From Porticoccaceae bacterium (GTDB taxonomy: Bacteria; Pseudomonadota; Gammaproteobacteria; Pseudomonadales; Porticoccaceae), in contig JBFHDK010000003.1 of assembly GCA_041584755.1 (NCBI GenBank), forward strand, positions 12,073 to 76,072: a stretch of 64,000 nt of DNA. Reading direction: 5' to 3'. Positions within the stretch are counted from its first letter, which is position 1, and every line of letters begins with the position of its first letter. A model generated the notes under the pieces. That model made no database searches, had not been told where the DNA came from, and saw only the letters and a list, made by a program, of their open reading frames with translations. Position numbers and translations under genes: made by a program. Below are positions 31,424-42,753 of this stretch, in pieces.

Positions 31424-32700
31424 GCGTGCTTCACTCTGTTGAGGGGCAGGCTTACCGACGTGATCAGCCCTCCACCCTCGGCGTTGGTAAGGCTGACTCG
31501 CCCGCCGTGGCGGTTCAAGCTGTTGTGGCTTAAAAACAGGCCAATGCCCAGCCCGCCGGGCTTTTTACTTGGCCTTGGCGTACCCAGTTTTTCCGCTTGT
31601 TCGGGCGTGATGCCTGGACCCCGATCTCGAATTTCCAGGTAAAGCGCGCTTTCGTTCCAGCGTATCTCAACCGCCACATAGTCCGGACTGGCGTCGGCGG
31701 CGTTGTTAAGTAAATTCTGTAGGGATTGACGCAGTACTGGATGAAAGCGGGCGCGGACCTCCGGGCAATCCCTTGCGATGATGATAGCGGGGTGAATTTC
31801 CGGGCGGAGCAATTGCCAGCTATCCAGCAGGCTGGCCACGTAACTGGATACTGTAACCACATCTGGCTCCTCGCCTTCAATGGCTGCCGCGCGAACCAGG
31901 CTTTGGAGGGTTCCGTGGCAACGCTGGATCTGTTCATCAAGGGTGTTTAGATCCTCCTGATGATTCAGCGATAGTGTTGAGGTCTTTAACTCGTCGATCA
32001 ATAATTTCATGGTGTTTAGGGGGGTGCCCAGTTCATGAGCTGCACTGGCGGCCTGGGTAGCGATAGCCAGTAATTGTTCATCCTGCATTTGTTCCTCCTT
32101 CTGGGCGCTAAGTTCGGCTTCCTGAAGCCTGAGGGCGTTCGCCATACGCACAACGAAGTAGGTAATAAGGCCGGCGCTTAAACCGAAATTGATCCACATA
32201 CCCAGAATATGGAGGTTGTTGGAAAATCCGGGCTCACCGGTATGCGCGCTGTGTGGGTCGAGCCCACCAATCGGGTGATGGAAAAATACCAACAGGCTGT
32301 AGCCAGCCAGCGAAACCAGGGTAACAGCCCAGGTCATGGCGCCGGGCAGGGTGATGGCCGCAATGCTGATGGGCACGAGATAGTATGAAATAAAGGGGTT
32401 GTTGGCGCCGCCACTGAAGTAAACCACGGCGCTGAGGGCGAAAATATCCATCAGAAGATGGGAAAAGAATTCGCCGTTGGAAATAGTTCGGGACAGGTAA
32501 GTGCGCCAGTGGGTGGCGACGGCAACGAAGAAAAAAACCACGACCATCCCGCTCAGGGCCTGGATAGGCAGGCCCAAGGGGTATATCTGGCTGAATACAA
32601 ACAGGGTAAGGGCTTGCCCGCCTATGGCTATGTAACGGATATAACTGAGTTGGCGTAAGTTGGCCCGCGCCGCGGCGATATGGGTGGCTTGGTTTTTCAT
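31420..32700 (-). CDS. regB: sensor histidine kinase, RegB/PrrB/RoxS family
   Basis: 426 aa. About six N-terminal TM helices, H-box AAHELGTPLNTM, N/G boxes (NLLNNAADAS, GGLGIGLFLS). 4-nt overlap with regA. Confidence 0.8.
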   Translation of the reverse strand: MKNQATHIAAARANLRQLSYIRYIAIGGQALTLFVFSQIYPLGLPIQALSGMVVVFFFVAVATHWRTYLSRTISNGEFFSHLLMDIFALSAVVYFSGGANNPFISYYLVPISIAAITLPGAMTWAVTLVSLAGYSLLVFFHHPIGGLDPHSAHTGEPGFSNNLHILGMWINFGLSAGLITYFVVRMANALRLQEAELSAQKEEQMQDEQLLAIATQAASAAHELGTPLNTMKLLIDELKTSTLSLNHQEDLNTLDEQIQRCHGTLQSLVRAAAIEGEEPDVVTVSSYVASLLDSWQLLRPEIHPAIIIARDCPEVRARFHPVLRQSLQNLLNNAADASPDYVAVEIRWNESALYLEIRDRGPGITPEQAEKLGTPRPSKKPGGLGIGLFLSHNSLNRHGGRVSLTNAEGGGLITSVSLPLNRVKHA

Positions 32701-32785
32701 TCGGCCATGCTAGCAAATTGGCTGCGATCAGCCCAAGGGGTGTTGGTCCCGGCCACTCAAACCAACGCCCCGGGTGGTTTCCTTT

Positions 32786-34978
32786 CTACCAGTTCACGTT
32801 GACGGCAATAAACAGGTTGCGCCCGCGACCCGGCAGGCGATCGCCGATGGCGATGTCGCTGTCCGCGTTGCGGTTATAGCCTGACAGGTGATCCACATAG
32901 TCTTTATCAAGCAGGTTTTCGATACCGGCGCTGAGGTTGAAATAGTCGTTAAACTGGTAGTGACCGCGCAGGTTAACAAGGCCATATCCCGCGGTTTTTT
33001 TCTCATCATTGAACTTTGAAGTTTTCGATTGCCGGGCATAAAGCACTGACTCCAGGGTGCCGGTTAGCGGCCCACGCTGCCAGGTGAGGCCTAGCTGGTG
33101 GTTAAGGGGCGTGATGCGGTACAGGTTGTCGCCATTATCCTTGTTCTCACCTCGAACGTAGCTGAGCACACCGTCGAGACGCCAGGCATCGTTGAGCAGC
33201 ACACCGTAACGGCCATCGAAGCCATAGAGCTCGGCGTCGATATTATTAAACTGTAGCGGCGTTTGCCCTGACATCATGGCGGCAAGCATATTTGCTGTCA
33301 TATTGCCGGAGGGGGTGCCCTGAATGAAGTCGTCAACCTTTCGAAAAAATACCTGACCGTTGGCGTAAAAATCACCATCCCGCCAGTCGACGCCTATGTT
33401 GAACTCGTGGTTGACCTCGCTATCGAGGTCGAGATTGCCGACGTAGGTCCGGCCATCAGCCAGGCCGCCGGTGGCCTCCAAGGGAAGCCAGAGATACAAC
33501 TCCTGGTAGGAGGGCGCTCGGTTCTTGCGCCCGGCTCCGATGCTGATGTTGGTGGTATCGTTGAGTGATCTGGCTGCTTTCAGAACGATGTCGATATTGT
33601 CGAAATTCTGCTTACGCTGACTGTTGTTGAAATCACCGGCCAGGCTATCGACCATGCCCTGCATCATCGCCATCATGCCCTGAGCATAGACGGTGTCGCT
33701 ATCCATATTGACGTGGTTGTAGCGGGCGCCGGCTTCCAAGTCCCAGGCTCCGGCTACGCCGCGCCACTGGACGAACAGCCCGTAAATATCCCGCTCGGCA
33801 TCGGCAAAATTTTTCACCGCAAACATCGCCATATTGGGATTGGTGATCAGGGCATCATGGACCGTGGTCGTGCCATCAAAACCGAGGCTTACCACGCCCT
33901 GGTTGATAGGGATATCAGCGCTACCACCCCAGGTGAATTGCCGACCGTGGGCATCATTCTGGCGATACATCATTGGGTTGGCGTTGGTGCGCAGGGAGAA
34001 ATTATCCATGCGGTGGTCGACATGACGGTAGCCGGTGTGGGCGTTAAAAGTGATGCCACGATACTGTGTGCTAGCGGTAAAGTTGGCGATGTCCGTGTCT
34101 ATATAGAGAATGTCCATGGGCAAGGCAGGTGTGCCGGTGTCTTCCGTGTCCAGTTTGCCACCGGCGACGGTAAATGTGCTCGCATCGTTCTGCCATGCGT
34201 AGCTGAGATCATAACGCTCCCGCCGGTAGCCGGTATCGACCAGGGTTTTACCGTCGCCGGTTTCCGCATCGCCGCCCTCGTCGAAGGATGCCAACGCGGC
34301 GACCTTGTGCCGGTCATTGGCCCCAACCAGTTTCAGGGCCTGATTAAAGCCATCATCCACCGAGCCGTAACGGCTGTTTAAAGCGCCGGACACTTCCCCG
34401 TCTTTGGTGTTAGCAAAATTTCCACGGTCCAGGGTGGCGGTGATATGCCCGCCAATCGATTCCTGACTTTCCGAAACCGGGGTAATGCCCGTGTTCAGGG
34501 CAAGGGACTCAAGAAGCAGAGGCGGTGCGTAGGAAAGCGGAGCATCCATGGCGTTAGGCCCGCCGCTTAGCACGATTTCGTTATCCATGGTCACCGCCAC
34601 ACGGTCGCCGTAGAGTCCCCGGTATTGCGCAATACCGGTGATCGGGCCGTTGCTGTTGATATTGGCGCCGGGCAGGGATTTGAGCAGCGTGCCACTGTCC
34701 GGCTGAGAGGTGACGACAGGAAGAGGCAGTACGGTGGGAATATCTGGATTTGTTTCGGGTTGGGTGATAATGATTTCTTCCATCACGATACGGCGATTGC
34801 GTGGGTTCGAAGCGGAGGATGGGGTTTCGAGAATCGTATGGTTGTTGATCGTGGTGTCGCCATATGCGTGCGGCGTCACCATGAATGTAGCTGTTAGCAA
34901 GAGGGCTAGTGGAGACAACGCAAGGGGGGGGAATGTTACTTTAATGCTTGTTCGCGAAGCGCTATTTGCTTTATTCAC
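32786..34978 (-). CDS. TonB-dependent outer-membrane receptor (possibly OprC/NosA copper-type)
   Basis: 730 aa. Signal peptide, plug domain with GGPNAMDAPLSY (resembles the PN.M..PLSY of copper receptors), beta-barrel ending in the aromatic terminal ...AVNVNW. Confidence 0.8.
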   Translation of the reverse strand: MNKANSASRTSIKVTFPPLALSPLALLLTATFMVTPHAYGDTTINNHTILETPSSASNPRNRRIVMEEIIITQPETNPDIPTVLPLPVVTSQPDSGTLLKSLPGANINSNGPITGIAQYRGLYGDRVAVTMDNEIVLSGGPNAMDAPLSYAPPLLLESLALNTGITPVSESQESIGGHITATLDRGNFANTKDGEVSGALNSRYGSVDDGFNQALKLVGANDRHKVAALASFDEGGDAETGDGKTLVDTGYRRERYDLSYAWQNDASTFTVAGGKLDTEDTGTPALPMDILYIDTDIANFTASTQYRGITFNAHTGYRHVDHRMDNFSLRTNANPMMYRQNDAHGRQFTWGGSADIPINQGVVSLGFDGTTTVHDALITNPNMAMFAVKNFADAERDIYGLFVQWRGVAGAWDLEAGARYNHVNMDSDTVYAQGMMAMMQGMVDSLAGDFNNSQRKQNFDNIDIVLKAARSLNDTTNISIGAGRKNRAPSYQELYLWLPLEATGGLADGRTYVGNLDLDSEVNHEFNIGVDWRDGDFYANGQVFFRKVDDFIQGTPSGNMTANMLAAMMSGQTPLQFNNIDAELYGFDGRYGVLLNDAWRLDGVLSYVRGENKDNGDNLYRITPLNHQLGLTWQRGPLTGTLESVLYARQSKTSKFNDEKKTAGYGLVNLRGHYQFNDYFNLSAGIENLLDKDYVDHLSGYNRNADSDIAIGDRLPGRGRNLFIAVNVNW

Positions 34979-35102
34979 AATAGTAATTACTCGTCAGCAA
35001 AGTTGGACGAATTTTATCGCTGTGGTGTAAGCCTGCCGATGTGGCAAATTGTCGCAGTTCGATCGGGGAGTTTTTTCGGTGTATTCAAGGGAAGGCCCCC
35101 TT

Positions 35103-35131
35103 GGGACAAGCGTTTTGGCGGGAGCTATAAT
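35103..35131 (+). promoter_or_regulatory. candidate sigma-70 promoter of prfC
   Basis: GGGACA (35103-35108), 17 nt, TATAAT (35126-35131), 43 nt upstream of the prfC ATG. Confidence 0.4.
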
Positions 35132-35174
35132 GCGCGGCCCAAAATACTGACCATCACAGGCCGACATCAGTCCT

Positions 35175-36755
35175 ATGAATTCCTATCTGGAAGAACTCGC
35201 TCATCGGCGGACTTTCGCTATCATCTCCCACCCGGATGCGGGCAAGACCACGATCACCGAAAAGATGCTGTTGTTTGGCAATGCTATCCAGGTCGCGGGC
35301 ACGGTAAAGGGTAAAAAAAGCGACCGTCACGCAACCTCCGACTGGATGGCCATGGAAAAAGAACGGGGTATTTCCGTGACTTCCTCGGTGATGCAGTTTC
35401 CCTATGGAGGTTGTACTGTAAATCTGCTTGATACCCCCGGGCACGGTGATTTTTCCGAGGATACTTACCGGACGCTGACGGCGGTGGATTCGGTGCTGAT
35501 GGTAATTGACGGCGCCAAGGGTGTGGAGGAGCGCACCATCAAGCTGATGGATGTCTGCCGCCTGCGCAGCACGCCTATTCTCAGTTTTATCAACAAAATG
35601 GACCGGGATATTCGCGACCCCGTGGAAGTGCTGGATGAAGTGGAAGCGGTGCTGAAAATTGCCGCCGCGCCCATTAACTGGCCCCTGGGGATGGGTAAGA
35701 CCTTTAAAGGCACTTACGATCTATATTCCGACACTATCCATGTTTATCATCAGGGGCAGGGTGACCGGGTTCCCGATGACACCCGTATCCAGGGCCTTGA
35801 CAGCGAGGCGGCACGGGAGTTGCTCGGCTTCGATTACGACGACATTTGCGATGAGATCGAACTGGTACGCGGCGCTACCAATGAATTTGATCTGGAAGCG
35901 TATCTGGCTGGTGAGCTAACACCGGTGTTTTTTGGCACGGCACTGGGTAACTTTGGTGTCCGGGAAATGCTCGATGGTTTTGTACAGTGGGCGCCGGCTC
36001 CGGCGGGCCGTGAAGCCGAGCAACGGTTTGTTGAGGCTGAAGAGGCGCATTTTTCCGGCTTTGTTTTCAAAATACAGGCTAATATGGATCCCAAGCACCG
36101 GGATCGCATCGCCTTTATGCGCATATGCTCCGGCGAATACCAGCGTGGCATGAAAATGCGCCATGTACGTATTGGCAAGGACGTGCGCATCGCTGATGCA
36201 GTCAGTTTTCTCGCCGGTGAACGGGCCCATGTAGAGCGGGCGATTGCCGGAGATATTATCGGGCTCCACAACCATGGCACTATTCAGATCGGCGATACTT
36301 TCTCCGATGGTGACGAGCTGAAATTTACCGGCATTCCTCATTTTGCACCGGAGCTGTTTCGTCTGATCCGTCTCAAGGATCCCCTGAAAACCAAACAGTT
36401 GAGAAAGGGCATCGAGCAATTATCCGAAGAGGGTTCTACCCAGGTGTTTTTTCCGCTCAATAACAATAATATTGTTGTCGGTGCGGTGGGGCAGTTGCAA
36501 TTCGATGTAGTGGCCTATCGCCTGAAAGATGAATACGGCGTGGAGGCGGTTTACGAGCCGGTCAACGTACACACCGCCCGCTGGGTGTTTTCGAACGATG
36601 CCAAAGAGCTGGAGAGTTTCAGGCGCAAGGCTTCGGAAAACCTGGCCATTGATGGTGGCGGTTATCTGAGTTATCTGGCGCCTACCCGGGTTAATTTAAG
36701 CCTTACCGAAGAGCGCTATCCGGAAATAGAGTTTAAAGCCACCCGTGAGCATTGA
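35175..36755 (+). CDS. prfC: peptide chain release factor 3
   Basis: 526 aa. [17 protein letters not shown]1 motif, DTPGH, NKMD. Full-length RF3 architecture. Confidence 0.95.
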   Translation: MNSYLEELAHRRTFAIISHPDAGKTTITEKMLLFGNAIQVAGTVKGKKSDRHATSDWMAMEKERGISVTSSVMQFPYGGCTVNLLDTPGHGDFSEDTYRTLTAVDSVLMVIDGAKGVEERTIKLMDVCRLRSTPILSFINKMDRDIRDPVEVLDEVEAVLKIAAAPINWPLGMGKTFKGTYDLYSDTIHVYHQGQGDRVPDDTRIQGLDSEAARELLGFDYDDICDEIELVRGATNEFDLEAYLAGELTPVFFGTALGNFGVREMLDGFVQWAPAPAGREAEQRFVEAEEAHFSGFVFKIQANMDPKHRDRIAFMRICSGEYQRGMKMRHVRIGKDVRIADAVSFLAGERAHVERAIAGDIIGLHNHGTIQIGDTFSDGDELKFTGIPHFAPELFRLIRLKDPLKTKQLRKGIEQLSEEGSTQVFFPLNNNNIVVGAVGQLQFDVVAYRLKDEYGVEAVYEPVNVHTARWVFSNDAKELESFRRKASENLAIDGGGYLSYLAPTRVNLSLTEERYPEIEFKATREH

Positions 36756-36802
36756 AGGATGTACGCCAACGACGTCTAAAATCAGCTAGTTTTCTTTAGC
36801 GC

Positions 36803-36838
36803 AAAAAAAGCCCGGATATTATCCGGGCTTTGTGTTTT
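36803..36838. terminator. bidirectional rho-independent terminator
   Basis: AAAAAAA-GCCCGGAT-att-ATCCGGGC-TTTGTGTTTT between convergent prfC (stop 36755) and the amidohydrolase (stop 36854). Confidence 0.7.
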
Positions 36839-36853
36839 GGTCAGGCTGAATAA

Positions 36854-38614
36854 TTATGCAGCCTTGGTGGTTTCGGCTTCGGCGCTGCCACCACGCAGGA
36901 GTTTGCCTGGGGTTGCCCCAGTGCACTCCCCGTTTTCGAAAGTGATCTCACCGTTGACCATAATGGCGCGGTAGCCAATGGCGTGCTGCACGCGACGCCA
37001 TTCGCCGCCGGGCAGATCATAGGCGATATCGCCGACCCAGCCGCCGCCACTGTCCAGGTTCTCCAGGTCATAGATGACGATATCGGCCCAGGCACCCTGG
37101 TGCAGCGTACCGCGATCCTTGAAGCCCGCGGCCTTGGCCGGCAGGGCTGCCAGACGATAATGGGCTTCTTCAAGGGTGACCTTGCCTTCATCTCGCACCA
37201 GCCAGCGCAGGAAGTCGGTGGTGTAGGCGCCGCCAACAAAGAATTTGGTGTGGGCGCCACCGTCGGAAATCCCGGGAATGGTGTAGTCCGAGTTATTCAT
37301 CATTTCAGCCATGAAGTCGGCATTGGAGCCGCGATCCGGGCCGGTGAACTCAGCGTTCAGGTCGGCGGCGAGGGACAGATCGAGCATGACCTCAATGGGG
37401 TGCTTGTTTTCTTCCTGGGCGATTTGCCCCAGGGATTTACCCAGGTAGTCGTCTAGCTCGTTCTGTTTGTTGACGCCAGTAACGACCAGCTTGGGAATGG
37501 CGCCACCCACACCGGCCTGAATAACCTGCAGGCGCTTGTCGGCTTCCTCGGTTTCGGCGATCACGCGCTGGCGCAAGGCCTCGTCCTTCATTTTTTCGAA
37601 CTTCTCTTCCTTGGTGCCGGTAGTCAGCTCTCTCCAGGCGGGGCTGGCGTCGTAGAGGTTCCAGTGCTCAAGGGTGAAGGCGAAACCGGTACGACCGGTG
37701 CCACACTGTCCAAAGATAGGCAGGCCCTTTTCTCGAACCCGGTCAAGCCAGGCCAGGCTGCGTTGGTGGGGCAGGGGGTTGTTACGGGTCGGCACGATGG
37801 CGTTATGGAGAATCGGGCGCCGGGCGGTATCAGCCAGTTTTTCCAGGAAGTTCAGATCCGCTTTCATGTCGCCGGTGGACTGGGTGATCTGGATAAAGCC
37901 TTCGTTGCGCTCGCGCAGCACTTCGGCCAGACACAGGATGTCTTCATCGCACATGGTGTCGGTGACCATGGGCGTGCCGTCAAAATCCGCCTGTGTGGAG
38001 TTCTCGCCGAGACGCTGGATGGAGAAACCGCACAGGCCCGCGTCCATGCCTTCGTGCAGCAGACGTTTCATTTCTTGCTGCTCTTCTTTCGTTGCCCGAC
38101 GGGTTTTCGCGGCTTCCAGTCCCATGACATAGATCATCAGAGAGGCGGTGGGCATGTACTGAATGCAGTTAACCCCTTTCGGCGTGCGCTCCAGGGATTC
38201 TATGTACTCGGGGATGGTTTCCCAGTCCCAGTGCATACCTTCCTTGATGGTGTCATAGGGAATAGCTTCAGTGCGCACCATAGTCAGAACCGAACGTTCC
38301 CGCGCCTCGGGTTTGACCGGCGCGAAACCAAAGCCGCAGTTGCCTAGTACCACGGAGGTGACACCATGCCAGCCGGAAATCGTGCAGTAGGGATCCCAGC
38401 GAATCTGGGCGTCGTAGTGAGTATGCAGGTCGACAAAGCCCGGGCAAACCACCAGGCCCTCGGCATCGATTACTTTAGCGGCGGAACCTTCAGGGTCGTC
38501 GCCGATTCGGGCGATCTTGCCATCCTTGACCCACACGTCGGCGACTTTACGCGGCGCTCGCGTACCGTCGACGACGGTGCCGCCCTTAATATGAATATCG
38601 TATTTTTCAGTCAT
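36854..38614 (-). CDS. N-acyl-D-amino-acid deacylase (D-aminoacylase) family amidohydrolase
   Basis: 586 aa. IKGGTVVDGT....DVWVKDGKIARIG, then PGFVDLHTHYD metal-binding motif. C-terminal beta-sandwich typical of this family. Confidence 0.75.
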   Translation of the reverse strand: MTEKYDIHIKGGTVVDGTRAPRKVADVWVKDGKIARIGDDPEGSAAKVIDAEGLVVCPGFVDLHTHYDAQIRWDPYCTISGWHGVTSVVLGNCGFGFAPVKPEARERSVLTMVRTEAIPYDTIKEGMHWDWETIPEYIESLERTPKGVNCIQYMPTASLMIYVMGLEAAKTRRATKEEQQEMKRLLHEGMDAGLCGFSIQRLGENSTQADFDGTPMVTDTMCDEDILCLAEVLRERNEGFIQITQSTGDMKADLNFLEKLADTARRPILHNAIVPTRNNPLPHQRSLAWLDRVREKGLPIFGQCGTGRTGFAFTLEHWNLYDASPAWRELTTGTKEEKFEKMKDEALRQRVIAETEEADKRLQVIQAGVGGAIPKLVVTGVNKQNELDDYLGKSLGQIAQEENKHPIEVMLDLSLAADLNAEFTGPDRGSNADFMAEMMNNSDYTIPGISDGGAHTKFFVGGAYTTDFLRWLVRDEGKVTLEEAHYRLAALPAKAAGFKDRGTLHQGAWADIVIYDLENLDSGGGWVGDIAYDLPGGEWRRVQHAIGYRAIMVNGEITFENGECTGATPGKLLRGGSAEAETTKAA

Positions 38615-39184
38615 GGTAATAAGCTCCTGATTTTAAGTTGATTGCAATGGGTTTGAAGTGGTTTGTAATCTGCGTTGTTTGCTCCGTCGCGTCGGTACGT
38701 AGCCAGAAAATCGGAAATTCTGTTTAGGGGGCTGGGTTGAGAGCCTCGTGTGAGGTAGCTATTTGTTTTACTGTAATTAGCCCGGTGTGTGGAGGTTTTG
38801 TCAGGCTTGGGAAGGTTGGTGTTAAGCAATTCGCGCCAAACACGTTAATCGTTATTTGCTTCCGGCAGTTTACGTTCTGCTCTTTCCCCTGAATACCCAT
38901 ACCATTAACCGCCCAAATATAGCACCGGGTTACACCTTAGGAAAGGTCATTTGCTGGGTTTTACTAGAACACAAAGTGACAAAAATCATGGCATTATGGC
39001 GTAAATGCTTATTAAGCGAGTGATTAATTCGACTATTCTGTATTGCTAACAGGGCAGTATATTCTGACCCCATGAGACTCGTAACTGTAAGCGTAGCGTT
39101 TGACTAATTTGATGAATGACGAATGTGCAGCATCAGTTTCTGACAGGGTGTCGAATGCCAACTGTCTAAGCGTAGGGGCTAAGC

Positions 39185-39778
39185 GTGGTTAAAAACTCCT
39201 TCCCGGAAGTACCGGCTCACCATCACGGCAGGCGATCGGCGCTTACCCGTGCCCTGGCGCGCTGGTTTCTGCGCGTGAATGGCTGGAGGGTCAGTGGCAC
39301 AGTGCCGGAACACCCGCGCTTTATCGTGGTCGCCGGGCCCCATACTTCCAACTGGGATTTTGTCTACGGGCTCTCCGCAGCGGTGGCTATGAACCTCGAT
39401 ATCCACTGGCTGGGGAAAAATACGCTTTTCAAACCCCCAATGGGGCGACTTATGCACTGGCTGGGAGGTATTCCGGTGGATCGTTCAAACCCCGCCGGCG
39501 TTGCCGAGCAGGTGGCCGCTCGTATTCGCGAGGCCGGTGATATGGCGTTGATCATTACGCCGGAGGGTACTCGTAGCAAAGTCAAAAAATGGAAGACCGG
39601 CTTCTTGCGTATTGCCCAGATGTCCGACAGTGTGTTGGTGGTAACCAGTATCGATTTCGGAGAGCGGGTGATTAATGTTGGCGAGGTGTTCGAAGCGGGG
39701 GCGGATGTTTTTGCGGACATCGCCTATATTCAGGAGCGGTTCTCCCAGGTAAGGCCGAGGAATCCCCATGAATACTAG
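39185..39778 (+). CDS. lysophospholipid (PlsC-type) acyltransferase family protein
   Basis: 197 aa, GTG start. H-x4-D motif (GPHTSNWDF) and ITPEGTRS block. Confidence 0.7.
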   Translation: MVKNSFPEVPAHHHGRRSALTRALARWFLRVNGWRVSGTVPEHPRFIVVAGPHTSNWDFVYGLSAAVAMNLDIHWLGKNTLFKPPMGRLMHWLGGIPVDRSNPAGVAEQVAARIREAGDMALIITPEGTRSKVKKWKTGFLRIAQMSDSVLVVTSIDFGERVINVGEVFEAGADVFADIAYIQERFSQVRPRNPHEY

Positions 39779-40220
39779 TGTTGGGGATGGTCAACCGCGA
39801 ATTACCCATCTTGCTCTCCACGTGACAGACCTGGAGTCCTGCATCGAGTTTTACCAGACTTTCTGCGCTATGGCCGTGGTTCATGAGCGGGCTGCCGGCG
39901 ACCAGCGCATCGTCTGGATGGCGGAGCCGGGCCGGGAGTCGGATTTTGTTTTTGTGATGATGTCGGGGGGCGGGAATCTAAGCCTGAAGGCGGATGATTA
40001 TCGTCACTTCGGCTTTGCCCTGGCCAGTCGCGAGGCGGTGGACGCAGTCGCCGAGGCAGGTCGCAAGGCTGGTTGCCTTGTCTGGCCGCCCCGGGAAGAG
40101 CCGTTTCCCGTGGGCTATTACTGCGGTCTGCGTGACCCCAATGGTAACTATGTTGAATTCAGCTATGGCCAACCCCTGGGTCCGGGTGCCGACAAGCTGG
40201 ACGATCTCAACAAAAATTGA
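39768..40220 (+). CDS. VOC (glyoxalase/bleomycin-resistance/dioxygenase) family protein
   Basis: 150 aa. ITHLALHVTDLESCIEFY...HFGF...DPNGNYVEF. Overlaps the upstream gene by 11 nt. Confidence 0.7.
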   Translation: MNTSVGDGQPRITHLALHVTDLESCIEFYQTFCAMAVVHERAAGDQRIVWMAEPGRESDFVFVMMSGGGNLSLKADDYRHFGFALASREAVDAVAEAGRKAGCLVWPPREEPFPVGYYCGLRDPNGNYVEFSYGQPLGPGADKLDDLNKN

Positions 40221-40260
40221 TTGCCCAGCTCAAGGGATCAGCCTTGCTTCGCCGGATGTT

Positions 40261-41442
40261 TTAGAAAAACGCTTGTAGTCCGGTCTGGGCCCGGCCGAGA
40301 ATCAATGCGTGAATATCCGCTGTTCCTTCGTAGGTATTGACCACTTCCAGGTTGACCATGTGACGCATCACCGGGTATTCATCAGAAATCCCATTGCCGC
40401 CCAGCATGTCGCGGGCGTCACGGGCGATGTTTAGCGCCTTCGAGCAATTGTTACGCTTCATCATGGAAATCAGCTCGGGCGCCAGTTGTCCCCGATCCTT
40501 GAGCCGTGTGGCCTGCAGCGAACCGAGCAGGCCCAGATTGATCTCGGTCTGCATATTGGCCAGCTTCATCTGGATTAACTGATTAGCGGCCAGGGGGCGA
40601 CCAAACTGTTCCCGATCCAGTACATACTCGCGGGCAGCGTGCCAGCAGGCCTCGGCTGCGCCCAGAGCGCCCCAGGAGATGCCCAGGCGGGCGCTGTTAA
40701 GACAGCCGAAGGGGCCTTTCAGGCCTTTGACATTGGGTAATAGATGGTCCTCGGAAACGAAGACTTCATCCATGACGATCTCGCCGGTGATGGAGGCGCG
40801 CAGGGCCAGTTTACCTTCGATTTTCGGTGCGCTCAGGCCCTCCATGCCTTTTTCCAGGACAAAACCGCGAATATCGCCATCATCGGTTTTTGCCCAGACC
40901 ACAAAGACGTCGGCGATGGGGGAGTTGCTGATCCACATTTTGGCGCCGGTGAGTCGGTAGCCGCCGTCGACGGATTTGGCCCGGGTAATCATGCTACCCG
41001 GATCGGAGCCGTGGTTGGGTTCGGTCAGGCCAAAGCAGCCCACCCATTCACCACTGGCCAGTCTGGGTAGGTATTTCTCCCGCTGAGCTTCGGTGCCGTA
41101 AGTGTAGATGGGGTACATCACCAGGCTGGACTGCACACTCATCATGGAGCGGTAGCCGGAATCCACCCGCTCCACCTCCCTCGCGATCAGGCCATAGCTG
41201 ACATAGTTGACACCGGGGCAGCCGTAGCCGTCGATGGTGGAACCCAAAAGACCCAGCTCACCCATTTCGTTAAAAATTTCACGGTCGGTATGTTCGGATC
41301 GGAAGGCCTGCTGAACGCGGGGCAGCAGCTTTTCCTGGGCGTATTGCCGGGCGCTGTCGCGGATCAGGCGCTCCTCCTCGCTAAGTTGCTCATCCACAAG
41401 AAAGGGGTCCTGCCAATTAAACGAGGCCCAGTCGCTAGCCAT
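40261..41442 (-). CDS. gcdH: glutaryl-CoA dehydrogenase-type acyl-CoA dehydrogenase
   Basis: Start at ATG 41442, 393 aa. [37 protein letters not shown]-terminus, [12 protein letters not shown]-terminal [17 protein letters not shown]. Confidence 0.75.
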   Translation of the reverse strand: MASDWASFNWQDPFLVDEQLSEEERLIRDSARQYAQEKLLPRVQQAFRSEHTDREIFNEMGELGLLGSTIDGYGCPGVNYVSYGLIAREVERVDSGYRSMMSVQSSLVMYPIYTYGTEAQREKYLPRLASGEWVGCFGLTEPNHGSDPGSMITRAKSVDGGYRLTGAKMWISNSPIADVFVVWAKTDDGDIRGFVLEKGMEGLSAPKIEGKLALRASITGEIVMDEVFVSEDHLLPNVKGLKGPFGCLNSARLGISWGALGAAEACWHAAREYVLDREQFGRPLAANQLIQMKLANMQTEINLGLLGSLQATRLKDRGQLAPELISMMKRNNCSKALNIARDARDMLGGNGISDEYPVMRHMVNLEVVNTYEGTADIHALILGRAQTGLQAFF

Positions 41443-41661
41443 AGGTGTCTCCGGGTTGAAAAATTGAGAGGGCGCACTATACCGTCCCTCCCGACGCAAA
41501 CAAAGCGTGGGGTCATGCGTGGATGGCTTGCGCCCGAGCGGTTGGCTGGACACAATGCCAGTGACAACAGGATCAGTCAGAGCGATCAATTAGCAGAGTC
41601 AACAACAAGCGGGTTTCGGGGACGTGTAGACGTTGTCGAAAGGCCTGCTCCAAGGCAACTT

Positions 41662-42753
41662 ATGAGTCGTCCCGTTCAGGCGCGGATTAATCTCCAGCAT
41701 ATCGAGCACAATTTTTCCCTGGCCCGACAATGCGCGCCGGGAGCCAGGGTAATGGCGGTGATCAAGGCAAACGCCTATGGTCATGGAGCGGCGAAGGTGG
41801 CCCACCAGCTTTCCCGGGCTGACGCCTTCGGTGTGGCGAGCATTGAAGAGGCCATTGAGCTGGATGAAGCAGGTGTTGAGCAACCACTCGTGTTGCTCGG
41901 CGGTGTGTTTGAGAGTGAGGAATGGGCGACCATCGAGCAGCGAGGTTTCCAGGCGGTTATTCACAGCCGGGCTCAGTTGCAAAGTTTTCTGGATCATCCG
42001 GTCGCCGGCGCTACGGCTTCTTTTGTTATCTGGCTGAAGCTCGATACCGGCATGCATCGGCTGGGTTTTACCGAGTCTGAATTTATCGACGCACGGGAGT
42101 ACCTTCGCGCCAGTGGCAAGGTCAGTGAGGTCATTGCCATGAGTCACCTGGCCTGTGCCGATGAACCCGAGCACTCGCTTACTAAATCGCAGACAAAGCA
42201 ATTCACGCGGGTCATCTCTCACCACGGTGGAGCAAAAAGTCTGGCTAACTCCGCAGCCCTGTTGATTTGTCCCGAGACCCATTTCGACTGGGTGCGCCCC
42301 GGTATCATGCTCTACGGCGCCAACCCACTGTCGGAAAGCTTGCCGGAAAGCCTGCTACTGCATCCCGCGATGACTTTGACTTCCCGACTGGTGGAAGTGC
42401 GTGCCGTGGCTGCCGGCGAGACCATCGGTTATGGCGCGCAATGGCAAGCGCCACGGAGTAGTCTTATTGGTACCGTCGCCATTGGCTATGGCGATGGCTA
42501 TCCCCGCCACGCTTGCGCTGGCACTCCGGTACTGGTCAAGGGTCGGCGGGCCCCGCTGGTGGGCCGTGTTTCCATGGACTTTATTACCGTTGATCTGAGC
42601 CACATATCTGAAGCCCGGGCGGGTGATGAGGTAGAGCTTTGGGGAGAAGGGGTGGCAGTGGAAGAAGTCGCTGCCAGTAGCGGCACTATCAGCTATGAGC
42701 TATTGACCGGTGTTAGTCACCGGGTGCCTCGTAAATATATCGGGGTTGGTTAG
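41662..42753 (+). CDS. alr: alanine racemase
   Basis: Start at ATG 41662, 363 aa. AVIKANAYGHG PLP-lysine motif, VGRVSMDFITVDL, ISYELLTGVSHRVPR. Confidence 0.9.
   Translation: MSRPVQARINLQHIEHNFSLARQCAPGARVMAVIKANAYGHGAAKVAHQLSRADAFGVASIEEAIELDEAGVEQPLVLLGGVFESEEWATIEQRGFQAVIHSRAQLQSFLDHPVAGATASFVIWLKLDTGMHRLGFTESEFIDAREYLRASGKVSEVIAMSHLACADEPEHSLTKSQTKQFTRVISHHGGAKSLANSAALLICPETHFDWVRPGIMLYGANPLSESLPESLLLHPAMTLTSRLVEVRAVAAGETIGYGAQWQAPRSSLIGTVAIGYGDGYPRHACAGTPVLVKGRRAPLVGRVSMDFITVDLSHISEARAGDEVELWGEGVAVEEVAASSGTISYELLTGVSHRVPRKYIGVG

Noticed and set aside
34979-35174. Cobalamin or other riboswitch upstream of the TonB-dependent receptor.
   Set aside because: No B12-box-like or other riboswitch signature was seen. 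The spacer is short and also holds the prfC promoter.
41290-41661. 5' extension of the alanine racemase ORF (487-aa version).
   Set aside because: The extension overlaps the divergent gcdH start region and has no racemase homology. The canonical N-terminus begins at ATG 41662. Similar spurious extensions were trimmed for the ORFs at 3844, 4695, 5928, 5863, 20237, 31001, 41589, 45713, 48080, 54827, 55302, 55753 and 58056.
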